NCBI GenBank assembly: GCA_003568945.1
Contig: BDIP01000008.1
Location: 1 to 51,157, forward strand
Direction of reading: 5' to 3'
Length of the DNA stretch: 51,157 bases
Source of the DNA: Kipferlia bialata
Taxonomy: Eukaryota
A program made the translations under genes and the position numbers. Below, in pieces: positions 39,801-51,157 of the stretch; the stretch's first letter is position 1, and every line of letters begins with the position of its first letter. The notes under the pieces were generated by a model. That model was not told the origin of the DNA. It saw only the letters and a program-made list of their open reading frames with translations, and did no database searches.

Positions 39801-42800
39801 GGGAGACACCAGCACTGCCTCACGCTTGACAGCCCCACCTCTGGGTCTGGTCTGCCGTGTCTGTGTGGGCTCGACCTTCCGTGCGGCGCCTCTGGCATAC
39901 GACGCACTGGGGGGGCGGACTCTCTTCTTCTTCTTCTCCGACCCACCTGCTCGGCCTATTGCACTCATGAAGTGGCTCAGTCTCTGGTTCCTGCATCGTC
40001 AGTAACAGCACAAATGAGCACAGACATATAGTCGCCCCATGATTCACCATAAATTACATACCTGTCCTTCAAAGTGGGCTTAAGAGAGTCTGTACGGACT
40101 GCTGAGCTCTCTGCCGAGAACTGATTGACCAACAGATGCTCCCTGATGTCAGAAGAAGGCTAGGGTGACTGATATGTACCGACACACCTTGCTGTGTAGT
40201 CTGCCCTAACATTCAGAAGGGCTCTGTACACCAGGACAATGTCATTCTCATGGGCTGTAAAGTTGTTGAGAAGTCTGACAACCTGAATATGAGACAACGG
40301 AAATGGCACAACATATCTCATAGAAAGGCACACCAAAAGGGTCCCACCTCACTTAGACGCTTGACCCAGGTGTGAACGTGCAGAGTTCTGCTGCCTGCAT
40401 CGTCCTCGGGAGAACCCTTGTCCCCGCTCTTGCTGATGTCAGATGCTATATACACAAAATGTACTCAATACAACTCCCTCGGTAGTAACCCATACCTTCC
40501 GCTATGCTGTTGTCCCCTGATGAGCTCGAACAGACGACGCCTGACAATTAGAGTCGATATCTAAAGAATACAGACACTGGCGATACCTGCTTTGCATGGC
40601 GTCTCCCATCAGCAGAGCTGTGGCCTGCTTATCGAGGATGAAGGGGGGCTGCAGGGTCAGCGGCTGCTCTGCAGTGGATGAGAAGCTCTCCACGTTGCCG
40701 TCTCTGTTGTTGCGTGTCTCCTGCTGGCCCAACAGAATGTCCCCAGGCCGTGTCTTCCTCTTCCTCTTGTGCTTGTTCGACATCCAGGTAGGGAACATGG
40801 AGAAGGAACGTGTGAGGGTGGCGCTGCGCAACTGCCAGTTCTGGACATTAGGAATTACGGATATAACACTTGTACCTGCCCGTAGGTTACATCACAAGAC
40901 GTCTAGCACTCTACCTGGATAAGGCTCCTGATCTCGGCACTCACAGCTCTCTCTGACGTCACACTCCGGCACAGGTCCTGGATGATGCCGACGTTGTCCT
41001 TTGTGCATAGCCTGGCAACTGCCCCTAGTATTAGTAACACATAGAGGAAGGTAGAGTAAACATATCCAAAGAGTCAGCGGTGAAGCACATACCGACGACA
41101 AGGCTGTTGATAGTGGGCAAAGGCGGGTTGGCGGCACACCTGTTGCTCAGCACCAGCCAATGCGCAGAGGAGAGCTGAGCCTACCAATAAGTCGCAAGTG
41201 ATACAAACCATACAGACACTCAAATAGTACTACAACGAATAGCCCTGGCCTCACCTTAATAATGGCGTTGAATGGTACAAACACCAGGTCCAGGTGCTGA
41301 TTGGCAAGGTGGAGCACATCTCTCATAATGTGCCGGAACTGCAGAGTATTGGACATCATAATCTCCAGAGGATGGCGACCGTTTCCCTCGCCCTGTCTTG
41401 TCGGGGTAACCAGCTTCCGAAGGTCTTGGAGCTCGGTCTGACGTGAGAGGTCCCGGTAGATACCTAGTACCAAAAGAATAGCAAATCGGACACAGCACCG
41501 GACGTTACAATTGTGATTTACCTTGAGTCTGCATAACAGCTCTGGAGCACTGTCTCTGTCGAAGGTAGTCCAGTGTTGCCTGTACAGACGGTTGAGGGAG
41601 CCAACCACCTCCTTGTATGCTGCAAAGAGCATCTTCATCTGGAGTGTCAGGGCTCACAATTCAGTATTGGGTCGGGAATATCATAGATAAAGACTGTGGA
41701 CTGAAGTATAAACTCTATCGGTCTTGAGTGCACCATTTCAAATACCGAAAGTCAGCGTGACATGATTACCTGCAGTAGAGAGGCAATGACCCTGTCAAGG
41801 TCAGGGAACTGGGACTGCTGCAGATTGAACACAACCTGTGCCTCCTGGATTCTGTTGGCCTTCTCTCTCTTTGCCCTGGCCTGGCTGAGGAACCCCTCTG
41901 CGACCGTCTCAGCCCTCTGCACAGCACACAGCACATGGTCGTAGTAGGCCAGGCCGCCAGAGGCAGACACAGAGCCACACCCCAGTGGCACCTCGGCACT
42001 GTCGGCCTCCGGTTGGGGGGACTCCTCACCTCCTTCTCCCTCCCCCTGCGCCTCTTCTAACTCCCCATCCTCGCACAGCAGAGTGGTGTGGGGGAAGATG
42101 GCCTCGACTGGGGGCAAGGCCAGGGAGTCGAGATCGACCTCACCTGCTTGGGACATTGCATGCCCCTCTGTATCAGCCCCCCCGACGTGCTGGGAGTAGG
42201 TGCTTGCCGCATACACACGCAGTGGCCCGTTCTCGTCAACGTCATTGACAAACTGGATCACGTCCAGGTTGAGGACCCTGACCAAGTCCAGCAGCATGTG
42301 CCGCAGCTTGGGGTATTCACCCCTCAGCCTAACCTTGCGGGTCTCCAGAAACTGCGTCAGAGTGCGTATGGTGGTCTTGAGAGTGGTCACAAAGCTCAAA
42401 TCTGTCGGGAACGACTCTAAGAGACTGTTGACGCCAGATCCGAGAACAAGCGGAGTGCTAGGCTTGGAAACAGTGGCTGAACCTAGGGTGAGTGTTTGCT
42501 GTATTTAGGAGAGTCCGAGTGCGAGGAATATACCTGTGTCTGATTGGCCTGGGCCGGCAGGATGAGAGTAGACATTCACCTCACGCACAGGCAAGGACTT
42601 AACTGCAGTGAGAGAAGACTAGAGTAATAGATGACAAACTGAAAGGAATCTGCCCAACCTGCTGTCACAATATCCTCCTCAACGTCTACCAGGAACCGCA
42701 GCAGAGTGTCTGCCCTATTGGCCACCTGGACCGACGCTGCTAGGCGCTGCACGGCTGTGAGGGTGGCGTCGCTGTCCACCATGTCCATATCCATGTCGAT

Positions 42801-45800
42801 ATCTGGGGCGTCAGTGAAGGCACCGGCAGTGTCGGAGAGGGGGGACCCAGCCTCGGTCATGGTCCTGTTGACCACAGAGACCGAGTTGATCATGCGGGCT
42901 ATCATCAGCCGGATGGTGTCTGCAATGCGCTCCATCTTGACAGAGGCCCTGGCCTGTAGCACAGACAGCACCAGAGACACATCCACCGCCAGGGGTCCCA
43001 CTCTGCTGAACGTCGGCAGGTGGCTCATCTCCTCACTAGCCTGCCTGGGGTGAGCTTTCGACAGTAATAAAATCACAAGTGCCGAATACCAGGACACTGC
43101 AGACGGATGTACCTATAGATATCCAGCTCCACAAGATGGGACATCAGGTCGCTGTGCCTGGCCTCGAGGTCCAGTTCGTCCAGATTGGCTCCGGTCTGGC
43201 TGGACCCACTGAGCATGGCATCCGTCCTAGAATGAGAGCAGAGAGATGTATACAGCTACACACACAGTATGTCGCCCCCCCACCTGAGGCCCTCCCTCGC
43301 CCTGGCCTGTGTCTCCCCGTGGTCACTGGCAGCAGAGGCCATCAGGGCCCGGACCCTCTCGAGCGCATGCTCCAGCTCCTCTGTCGGCCTCTGGACAAGA
43401 TAGAAACGCAGGGAGCAGAGCACTCTGAAGACTCGGGACCGGAACTCCGCACTGACGCTCTGGTTCAGCACGTCCTGCCTGGAGGTTGGGACAACCACCC
43501 TGACACGGGACACAGTCTGGGCAGCAGCGTCCACTTCGGCCGTGGCTGAGAACCCAGATAGGCCGGACAGTCCAGGTAGGCTAGGGTGTACAATACCAGT
43601 CACGTCTGGCACCGCGTCGGTGTATGTCCATCCGAAGTCACTGCCCTCCTCCAGACCGTGCCCCCTGACGCAGGGCAGCGTGACCCGTCCTGCTCTCTCG
43701 AACACATCTCGCAGAAGCACCTGGCCTATGGCCTGGACACAGTCGTCGGGGGTCGGCTCGTAGTGGATCACAATCCCGGGCCTGGCCTTGATTGTGAAGA
43801 GGGGTGGGTATGTCCCCTCCTGGGCTGCTACCGTGTCGAACACGACCTTGGTCAGCCCTGAACTGTTGTGCGAAGCATGCACCATAACCTGAGGAGTGAG
43901 AGGACACTCCTAATAGAGACCACTGCCACTGCCTTACCTTCTGGAACAGAGTCAGCAGGGAGTTGTATGCAGTCAGAAGGGTCTGCTGGAACTGGTCACA
44001 GAGCTCTCTGGCCACCTCTCTCGTGGCAGCGCAGAGCAGCTCCGCACAGAGACAGGTGGTGAGGGGATCCTCCACCGAAAAGTCTCCGATGTTTTGCTGT
44101 GATGAGAAGTGGGTATCTTACACTGGCATACACATTTCAAAAGCACATGTGTGTGAATACCAACCTGCTGTGGCGTGGTCTTCTCGCCCTTGTCGACTGG
44201 CCCTCCCAATGATGACTGCACTGTGGACACACCAGTGGCAGGGGTCTGGCTGGGCTCCTCGTCTCCCTCTCTCTCTCTCTCGGACTCAGAGGCAGACGGC
44301 TCGGACTCCTCCTCAGGCTCAGGCTCAGAGAGGTCATCAACCTGAACGTCAGCAAGTTGTGCACTCACCAATATACACAACAAAAGCATGAACACATATT
44401 AAGTCAGTCCCTCAGATCACTGGGTACCTTCTCACTAGCGATATCGATAATAATCTCGCGCTCGGAGGGATGAAGGAAGGTGAGGACACCGACGAAATCA
44501 AAGAACGACTCAGCCTTGACCAGTTCCACTATCTGCACCAAGGCACTGGTGCAGGCCTGAGAGTGAGGGGCATGGACAGGTACAATGCGTAAACTGTGTA
44601 TAGGGACACTGAATGTGGACTAACCTTGGCGGCAGTTTCTGTGAGAGCGTGGAGGTCATCTCCTATCTTTCTCAAGACCTGCAGGAAGTCCTCCAAGGAG
44701 CCTACAGACCGCAACTCACTCTCGGACTGACAGTAAGATACACAAGAATGGAAAAGAGACGCCTACTGACACACAAACACACAACTAAGTGCACTAACAC
44801 ATGTAAATGAATCGATTGCATACCGCTGCTGTGCCGTGTTCGTAGTGGACATCGGTGGTGGATGCAGCCCCGGTGGCACTGTGCAACCAGGGGGACAGCT
44901 GCTCCACAAGGCGGGTCTGGGGTAAGACAATCCACACACACATACATATATATATATCTACCGACCAAGGCAGCCATTGCCAGGGTCGTAAATCACCACA
45001 GCCCTCTCCCTCTGTACCTTACTGTCGATCTGGTCCAGGATACCCCAGTACTGTGCCTGCAGGATGTCTCTGATCTTGACAGAGGTGGACTCGAGGTCGT
45101 TCCATGCAGACTCAGCTGACGGTCAGACACGCTGCACAGAGAGACAGTCAGTGTATCGATGGAGTGATGATACCTCTTCTGCTGGCACTGACCACCCCCA
45201 GACTGCTCCAGGTGATGGTGGACGTGAGAGGTCGCATCGCAGTCTCAGCCGCAATGACCATGGGTAGAACCAGGGGCAGAGCAGGGTATATGCTCTGGGT
45301 GGCAGATCGGGCATTGGTGCGCTCCCTGTTGTGAGACAACAGTAGCGAGGTGTATGTGTAGATGCATATGTTGAATGACCCGTGTCTGACCTGAGCAGGT
45401 GGGACAGCACGTCATGGGCCCTGGGGATCTTGTCCTTGCCGAGGAGAGCAGCGGCACGGAGGGAGGTCCCTGGGATAGCCAGGCCCAGCCTCTGGATCCC
45501 GGCAGCCTCCCTCCCTGGGGTCAGAATTGCACAGAGAGACATAGAGACATAGAGACAAATAGTAATGCACAGGCTGGTGAATATGCTGATGATATATATA
45601 TCAACACTCAGCATGGGTAATCCACCCCGCCCTACCTATTCGGAGCAGGTCTGTGGGGCAGTTGACGTAGTACTTTGTGTCCATCAACTCCTCTATGAGG
45701 CTACACACAGCCTCGCCCCCGTCCCTGGGGGTGATGCCCAGCACAGGGTCCCGGATGGCACTGGACGTGATTGAGGGGTTGCTGCTCACACGGCACCACT

Positions 45801-48800
45801 CCCTGGGGTCAAGGGCTGTACACACACCACAATACAGGGATAAAGCGCAGGGATGTAATTGTGAATGTATGTATACTAACAGGTATGTACTCACTTGTAG
45901 ATTGCGGCCTCGTATGAGACAATGTCGGTCACCAGCTCATTGTACATGTTGATCATCTGGGACGCAGCCTCGGTCTTCAGGAACGGCTTGCACTCATCCC
46001 TCGACAGATGCGACAGGGGCTCTGACGCCTTGGTCAAAAGGAGCCGAATCCACTTGACCAGCGAGATAACCCTACGGTCAGAATAGTTACAATACTCAGG
46101 CAAACACGTTGGTGTGCACATCGAGGGCAACACAACCCAAAGAGGGCACCAATAGAGAGAATCAACTGACGATGCAGAATAGGAATGACGACTTGTCCCG
46201 ACACATATAAGGCAGATGAGCGACATATATAGGGCCGACTAGCGTACTTGGGGGCTCCCCTGGCCAGGGGATGGTGGCCTGATCTGCTGGTTACAAACTG
46301 GTCCCGGATGCCCTTTAGGAGCTCTGTGGTCTTGATGACGACGCTGTCATAGCAGATCTGGACCACGGATGACAGTCTAGCGTCGGGTACATCCTGGTGG
46401 TGGGGGGAAGGGGATATACACACGATAACAATGTCGGTAGTACTTGACACCAAACACCAAACACATTACGCACCTGCAGGCACTTGAGCACCCTGATCCC
46501 GTTGAGCAGGTTGGTCCTGACGGCAGCCATGAACTCTGCCTGGATCGACTCCCCAAGGGCATTGCGCCCATCGGCAATGCTGTCCAGAACAATCTCAATC
46601 ATCTGGTGTCAAGAACACAGGGGCAGTGCTAACAGAACCTATGACATAGTATATGGAAGAGTATATACTATGGTAGAAGTTATACTATAGACTAAGTGGC
46701 CTCACCTGGTCGAATTGGGCCTTGGGTACAGTCAAGACATCGCCACTGGTGATTGGGGTGATGGCCTGGGGTGGGATAATGCGAAGGGATTGCATAATGT
46801 TCGCCTCCTCCGATGGCGCATATCAATACATATGTGCAAATACAATCACATGATACCTTGAGGGCTGTGGTGAATGGGTCGTCCTGCCCAAAGAGGTTGG
46901 TGTCCATGGGCGATATCACTCTGAACTGCCGGAGTGTCCTGATCACGGTGGCCAGCTGGGAGCACCGGTCGGCAACCTGGGATGGGTGGATGCATACATA
47001 CATGAAAACCACTACATGCACCACGCATGCCGATTGTGTATGGCCATACCTCCAGGGGTGCCAGTATGGCGTCTGTGTCCAGACCGGACATGGTGGACAC
47101 GGCTGACAGACGGGGGGTGCCCCCCCCTATGCTGTCTGAGCTGGTGGACGACACAACCTTGGACCGCATCTGGGGTGGGGGGTGGCGTTGCTGATATACT
47201 GGTAGTAGGTAGTAGGCACAATGCAGCAGATGGTCTCACCAGCTTGTACTGCTCTCTGAACATGTTACCCAGTGCCTCTGCCACATCCAGCCGGTGGATC
47301 AGACACCTAGGGGGTGGGGGGGGAGAGGGGGGGGGGGGCGGATGCCCAATATCTCTGCAGGATCTGTCAAGAACAAACAACAATAACGTCTGTCGCAACA
47401 AACCCATATGTTCTCCTACCTCACATACACTTCGAGTGCCGGCATCATCTCTATCATCTCTATCTGTAACACATAGGCACTTACAACCAATCATCCCTCT
47501 CTACCATACCTGACATACACCTCGAGTGCCGGCATCATCTCTGTGCCCCCAGCCATGTCTGGGCTGTCCCCCTTGGTCCCGCCCTTGATAGACGCCTTGA
47601 GAGAGGGGTCAGAGGGGGGGTGTCCAGCCATGGCATCACCCCTGACAGGTCAGAAACAAAGACACATGCCTATACGTATACCCACACTTGGTCCCTTACC
47701 CATATATTTATGTATATGTATGATGTGCTTGTCACATACCCATTTGATGTGCTTGTCACAGCAGCCACCGCAGTGAGGAGGGGTGCCATCGGGACGTTGA
47801 TGACCACCGTTGTCTTGCCACGCTGCACGGCCTCCCTCTTGGTCTGATGGAAGTCCTAGAGTTAAAGGAGATACAATATATGCAGAGAGGGGGGTGCACA
47901 CCGACCGACACCGACCCCACCTTGTTAGTCTCTATGTGGGTGACGTCTGTCGTGACCCCAGAGGACTCAATCACAGCCCGGGCAGCAGCAGAGATGTCAG
48001 CACCTGGTCGGGTGAGACAGAGACATATACAGAGACATATACAGAGACATATACAGAGACAGAGACCTATGTGGATGGAGGATAGAGTAAGACACTACTA
48101 GTGGGACGATGTCGGATGTGTGTCTGGCCCGTACCTATTGTCTTTGCGATCTGCCTTGTCATTGCGGACAGGAGTGTGCCTGCACAGTCACTGACCGACA
48201 CCGACATCATGAGGGCAGTCCTCAATGCAGTCATCATGGGCACCACATCCTGTATCAGCATCAGCATCAGTATCAGTGTCAGTATCAGTATCATCATGTG
48301 GGTCAGAGCACAGAGGACAGGGGATGGTGGGGGGGACATCCTGATCCGGTGTAAATATGATAGTTCCATTCCATGATGCACTCGCCATGATCCTCACCTG
48401 GTATATAGACTCACAGGTGCTGGGCTCTGTCTGCGCCATACTGAGAAGCTCCGTCCCTGGCGTCAGTAGAGAGTACAGAGACACCCATTTAAATACAAAT
48501 ACATGATACAATCATGGAGGCATGTACATATGAACTCGGGTCTCGGTACATGACACCAGCAGCCAGGTACTATATCAACACTGTACGACAACACACACCC
48601 AGTGATAACTCATATCTGATACCCATATCTGCACACACACCCCCACCTGGCACCACCACCATCTCTGACACCGGGGTCTCGATGTGGATCAGATACTTCT
48701 CCAGCACCAACAGATACTTCAGAGTCTCCTGGGGTGAGGACCATGATATCTGCGTGCACATATAACCATGTGTCTCACTGTCAGTGCCACTGTACCTGGT

Positions 48801-49054
48801 TACTTGCTATGGCACTGCGCACCGACTGTTCGAGGGACTTGAAGCGTCTGGAGTCAGGAATATGGAGAGAGTAAGTGATTGGTGCATGTCTACTTATTCA
48901 GTTCCCATTTCACACATCCACCTAACCTTTCAGCCCTGCGCTGCATGTACTGCAGGTTGTTGTATCAGTATCAGTATCATGATATATGTATATATATGCC
49001 ATCACCTGACTGCCCTGCTCTGCCTGTGGTTCTGGTTGTTGTATCAGTATCATG

Positions 49055-49096
<42 letters not shown>

Positions 49097-50918
49097 TATC
49101 ACCTGACTGCCCTGCTCTGCCTGTGGTTCTGGTTGTTGCCCATCAGCGACACCACAGTCTTGACATGAGGCCTGTTCAGCTCATCATTCAGAGCACTCAG
49201 CCGGCCCAGCTTGATGCGCCATCTACAGTGAGGCACAGGACCTATATATATAATAGTGAGCACAACACACGCCGCGTCTACACTTGGACATGCACACTGC
49301 ATATACATACACATATATATATACATATATATACCTGGACATGATGGCCAGAGCACTGTCAGGCTCATAGCCAAACTGGCCCTCGGTCCCAGGCAGCATG
49401 GGGGTACTAGGGTTAAGGGGGGGGGGGTGACACAGACAATGTCCGAGACACAAGGTACCATCAGAATATCAGTATGCATAGAGCACTTGTTGTACCTCAG
49501 GACCTCCTCGATCTGTTCTGTCCATGACGTGATGGTGTTCTCACACAGGGTGTGTAGGTTCTTGTCGGCATATAGGGCCACAGACACCGTGTGAGAGGGG
49601 GCACGTACATTGCCATCGCCTGACAAATCAGAGAGGTGTCTAAAGAGATAGATATACTAATGATACTTGCACATGCAGTGTGGAACACCCACAGACACAG
49701 ATGATGTGGAGATATAAGTACATACACACACATATATATATATCTGATGTGTGTGTGTGAGAGAGAGAAGACTGACGGCACCTGCCACCGACTTGGACGT
49801 CTTGGACATGAGATCCTCAATCTCTTTCACGGGCACTAGCCTGGCGTAAGGGGACATCATGTTCTGACAACTGGAGACATCGTCAATGACCTAGGCACGT
49901 ATACAACCCCTGGATATGCTGTACCTGACGCACTGGTTCAGGGCATGGCTCAGCTCTGACACAAAGTGGCCGAACCACGTGGTCTGCGTGATGAGGTTCT
50001 TGCGAGTGCCCCGCCCTGCCTAGAGGGTGAGAACAGGAGACATTGCATCCACTCTCAATGGTGTGAATGCAACAGAGCCTGCTGCTAATCCTGATACTAG
50101 TATACACCCTAACGCCACATATACGCCCAGCCACGCATATACACATATATATAGATCAGCATCCATATCTCACAGTACATGCACATGCCCCCCCGATACC
50201 TTGCCCCAGAGTGCCATGTCCTGCTCTGCCAACAGGGGCAGGTACACCTCGTGCAGCATGACATCTAGGGCCACCAGGGCCGAGTCTGCTATCTCTCCCA
50301 CCGTGATGAGGGCTGGGTTGTCCAGCATGGCCTGGGAGGGGAGACAGGCAGGGGAGATGCACATAGACAGATATACATAGACACATGACATGGATAGAGG
50401 AAGGCCAGATAACTATTCCGCAGGGCTGTCAACCAAAGTATTACATCACAGATTATATATAGTATTCCAATTGAGACACATAAGCAAGACAGCTGCCTGA
50501 CACGGTGCCTCTCAATCACTCTACTGATATACATCCACATATATATAGAGTAAAGATACATACACATATACATCCGCCCTCTGTTCCTACCTTGTCAGTG
50601 CAAGGGGGCTTGACAAAGTAGAAAGCCCTGGTGTACTCTATCCCAGCAGGCACCCTGGGGTGAGGTCAGCAGGCCACACAGAACAAGAGGGGGACAGGGG
50701 AGTAGAGAGGTATCATAATACAGTGTGACATGACATGAGGGGATGGGACACTGTGCTGATGAGGGTAAGTGGGGGGGGGGACGTAAGGAACCAACAGCTC
50801 ATTGAGTGTGTGACCCATCCTAACCCACATGCAGTGTATATATATATTTATATATACCTGCAGTGTATGGTAGACGTGTCCAACCGTCTGGAGCTGCCAG
50901 AATCCCGCTTGGGTGCCC
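13389..50918 (-). CDS. Highly divergent axonemal dynein heavy chain-like protein (outer-arm gamma / DNAH5-8-like), many dozens of exons, 5' end beyond the window
   Basis: Dynein landmarks occur in the correct order: LHEVYLPLL; ETLKYLLVLEKY; HPLARGAP; KWIRLLL...YNELVTDIVSYE; TITWSSLG; PRFCLTP; FFVADG; LPALKAAKRAVSLVSSDDVTFLK; PPSLIRRIIDCV; EEERW; RPDRSV; VHPDFRLVL; MPQYALYLAL; PTLAYPMPHI. Stop TGA at 13389. Confidence 0.9.
18860..19756 (-). other. Dynein AAA6 region
   Basis: LRLVCVAMFRPDRSVQA, RIPLMMALS, AVEKGHTLIL, VHPDFRLVL. Confidence 0.75.
24550..26444 (-). other. Dynein stalk (CC1, MTBD, CC2)
   Basis: CC1 LKERLPALKAAKRAV; MTBD PPSLIRRIIDCVGIILG...ELLQPYVSAPDFTY...GGLVEWVQAV; CC2 ...TLNSLSK/EEERWSG. 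Confidence 0.85.
27450..35930 (-). other. Degenerate AAA1-AAA4 region of the dynein-like chain
   Basis: Positional remnants: AAA1 PRFCLTP...LLGKPFVVVHPS; AAA2 FFVADG...KLLVF; AAA3 LVLLPGEPS; AAA4 LIRRYSPGAPPIAIS...YIRRRVVPIVVF. No GxxxxGK[ST] seen. Confidence 0.6.
44950..50918 (-). other. Dynein N-terminal tail (DHC_N1-like) exons
   Basis: WRIKLGRLSALNDELNRPHVKTVV, ETLKYLLVLEKY, YYVNCPTDLLRIGREAAGIQRLGLAIP, PLTSTITWSSLGV. Confidence 0.8.
49001..49138. repeat. Perfect 41-bp direct repeat of an exon 3' end plus donor
   Basis: atcacctgactgccctgctctgcctgtggttctggttgttg at 49001-49041 and 49098-49138. Confidence 0.95.
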
Positions 50919-51105
50919 CTGGGGTGTGATATGACACATGTATATGATATACCAACATATAATAGGTAAACAAATGAGTGAAGTATTGTGAGTGTCTGGG
51001 TGCCCCTGGGAATGAGTGTCGGGATGAGTGCACAGACACAGTACACATCACATAATTAAATAACATATAATAACACACATTACAACAACCAATGAAGAGA
51101 GGGCC

Positions 51106-51107
<2 letters not shown>

Positions 51108-51157
<50 letters not shown>
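51108..51157. repeat. Poly-C homopolymer at window end
   Basis: About 50 consecutive C; probably a contig-end feature. Confidence 0.9.

Noticed and set aside
13385..50929. Numerous plus-strand ORFs of 60-190 aa over the dynein-like gene
   Set aside because: They are antisense shadows of GC-rich minus-strand exons with no recognisable motifs
51108..51157. Terminal C-run as telomere
   Set aside because: Pure homopolymer without a telomeric repeat unit, and it falls within an unfinished gene

Overview
Eukaryotic, intron-rich genomic DNA using the standard code and GT-AG introns, with many AT/GA microsatellites. The style resembles the free-living fornicate Kipferlia bialata (inference only). 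The left 13 kb holds a fully reconstructable 7-exon glutathione S-transferase gene (-), an 8-exon Kelch-like gene of about 1213 aa (+), a disordered protein with three RRHSLMP motifs (-), and a multi-exon gene ending in a DUF1963/YwqG-like CxxC...FGDxG...CxxH module (-). The remaining 37.5 kb (13389 to >50918, -) is one 5'-incomplete axonemal dynein heavy chain-like gene. Its tail, stalk and microtubule-binding domain are recognisable and outer-arm gamma/DNAH5-8-like, but the Walker motifs of AAA1-AAA4 appear lost and many insertions have accumulated, making it a candidate motor-dead dynein. Other recurring signals are branch points lying almost on the 3' splice site, (ACTGAT)n arrays next to acceptors, and short copies of exon ends plus their splice site inside neighbouring introns ('exon echoes'). 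All family assignments are by-eye motif recognition, not database searches.
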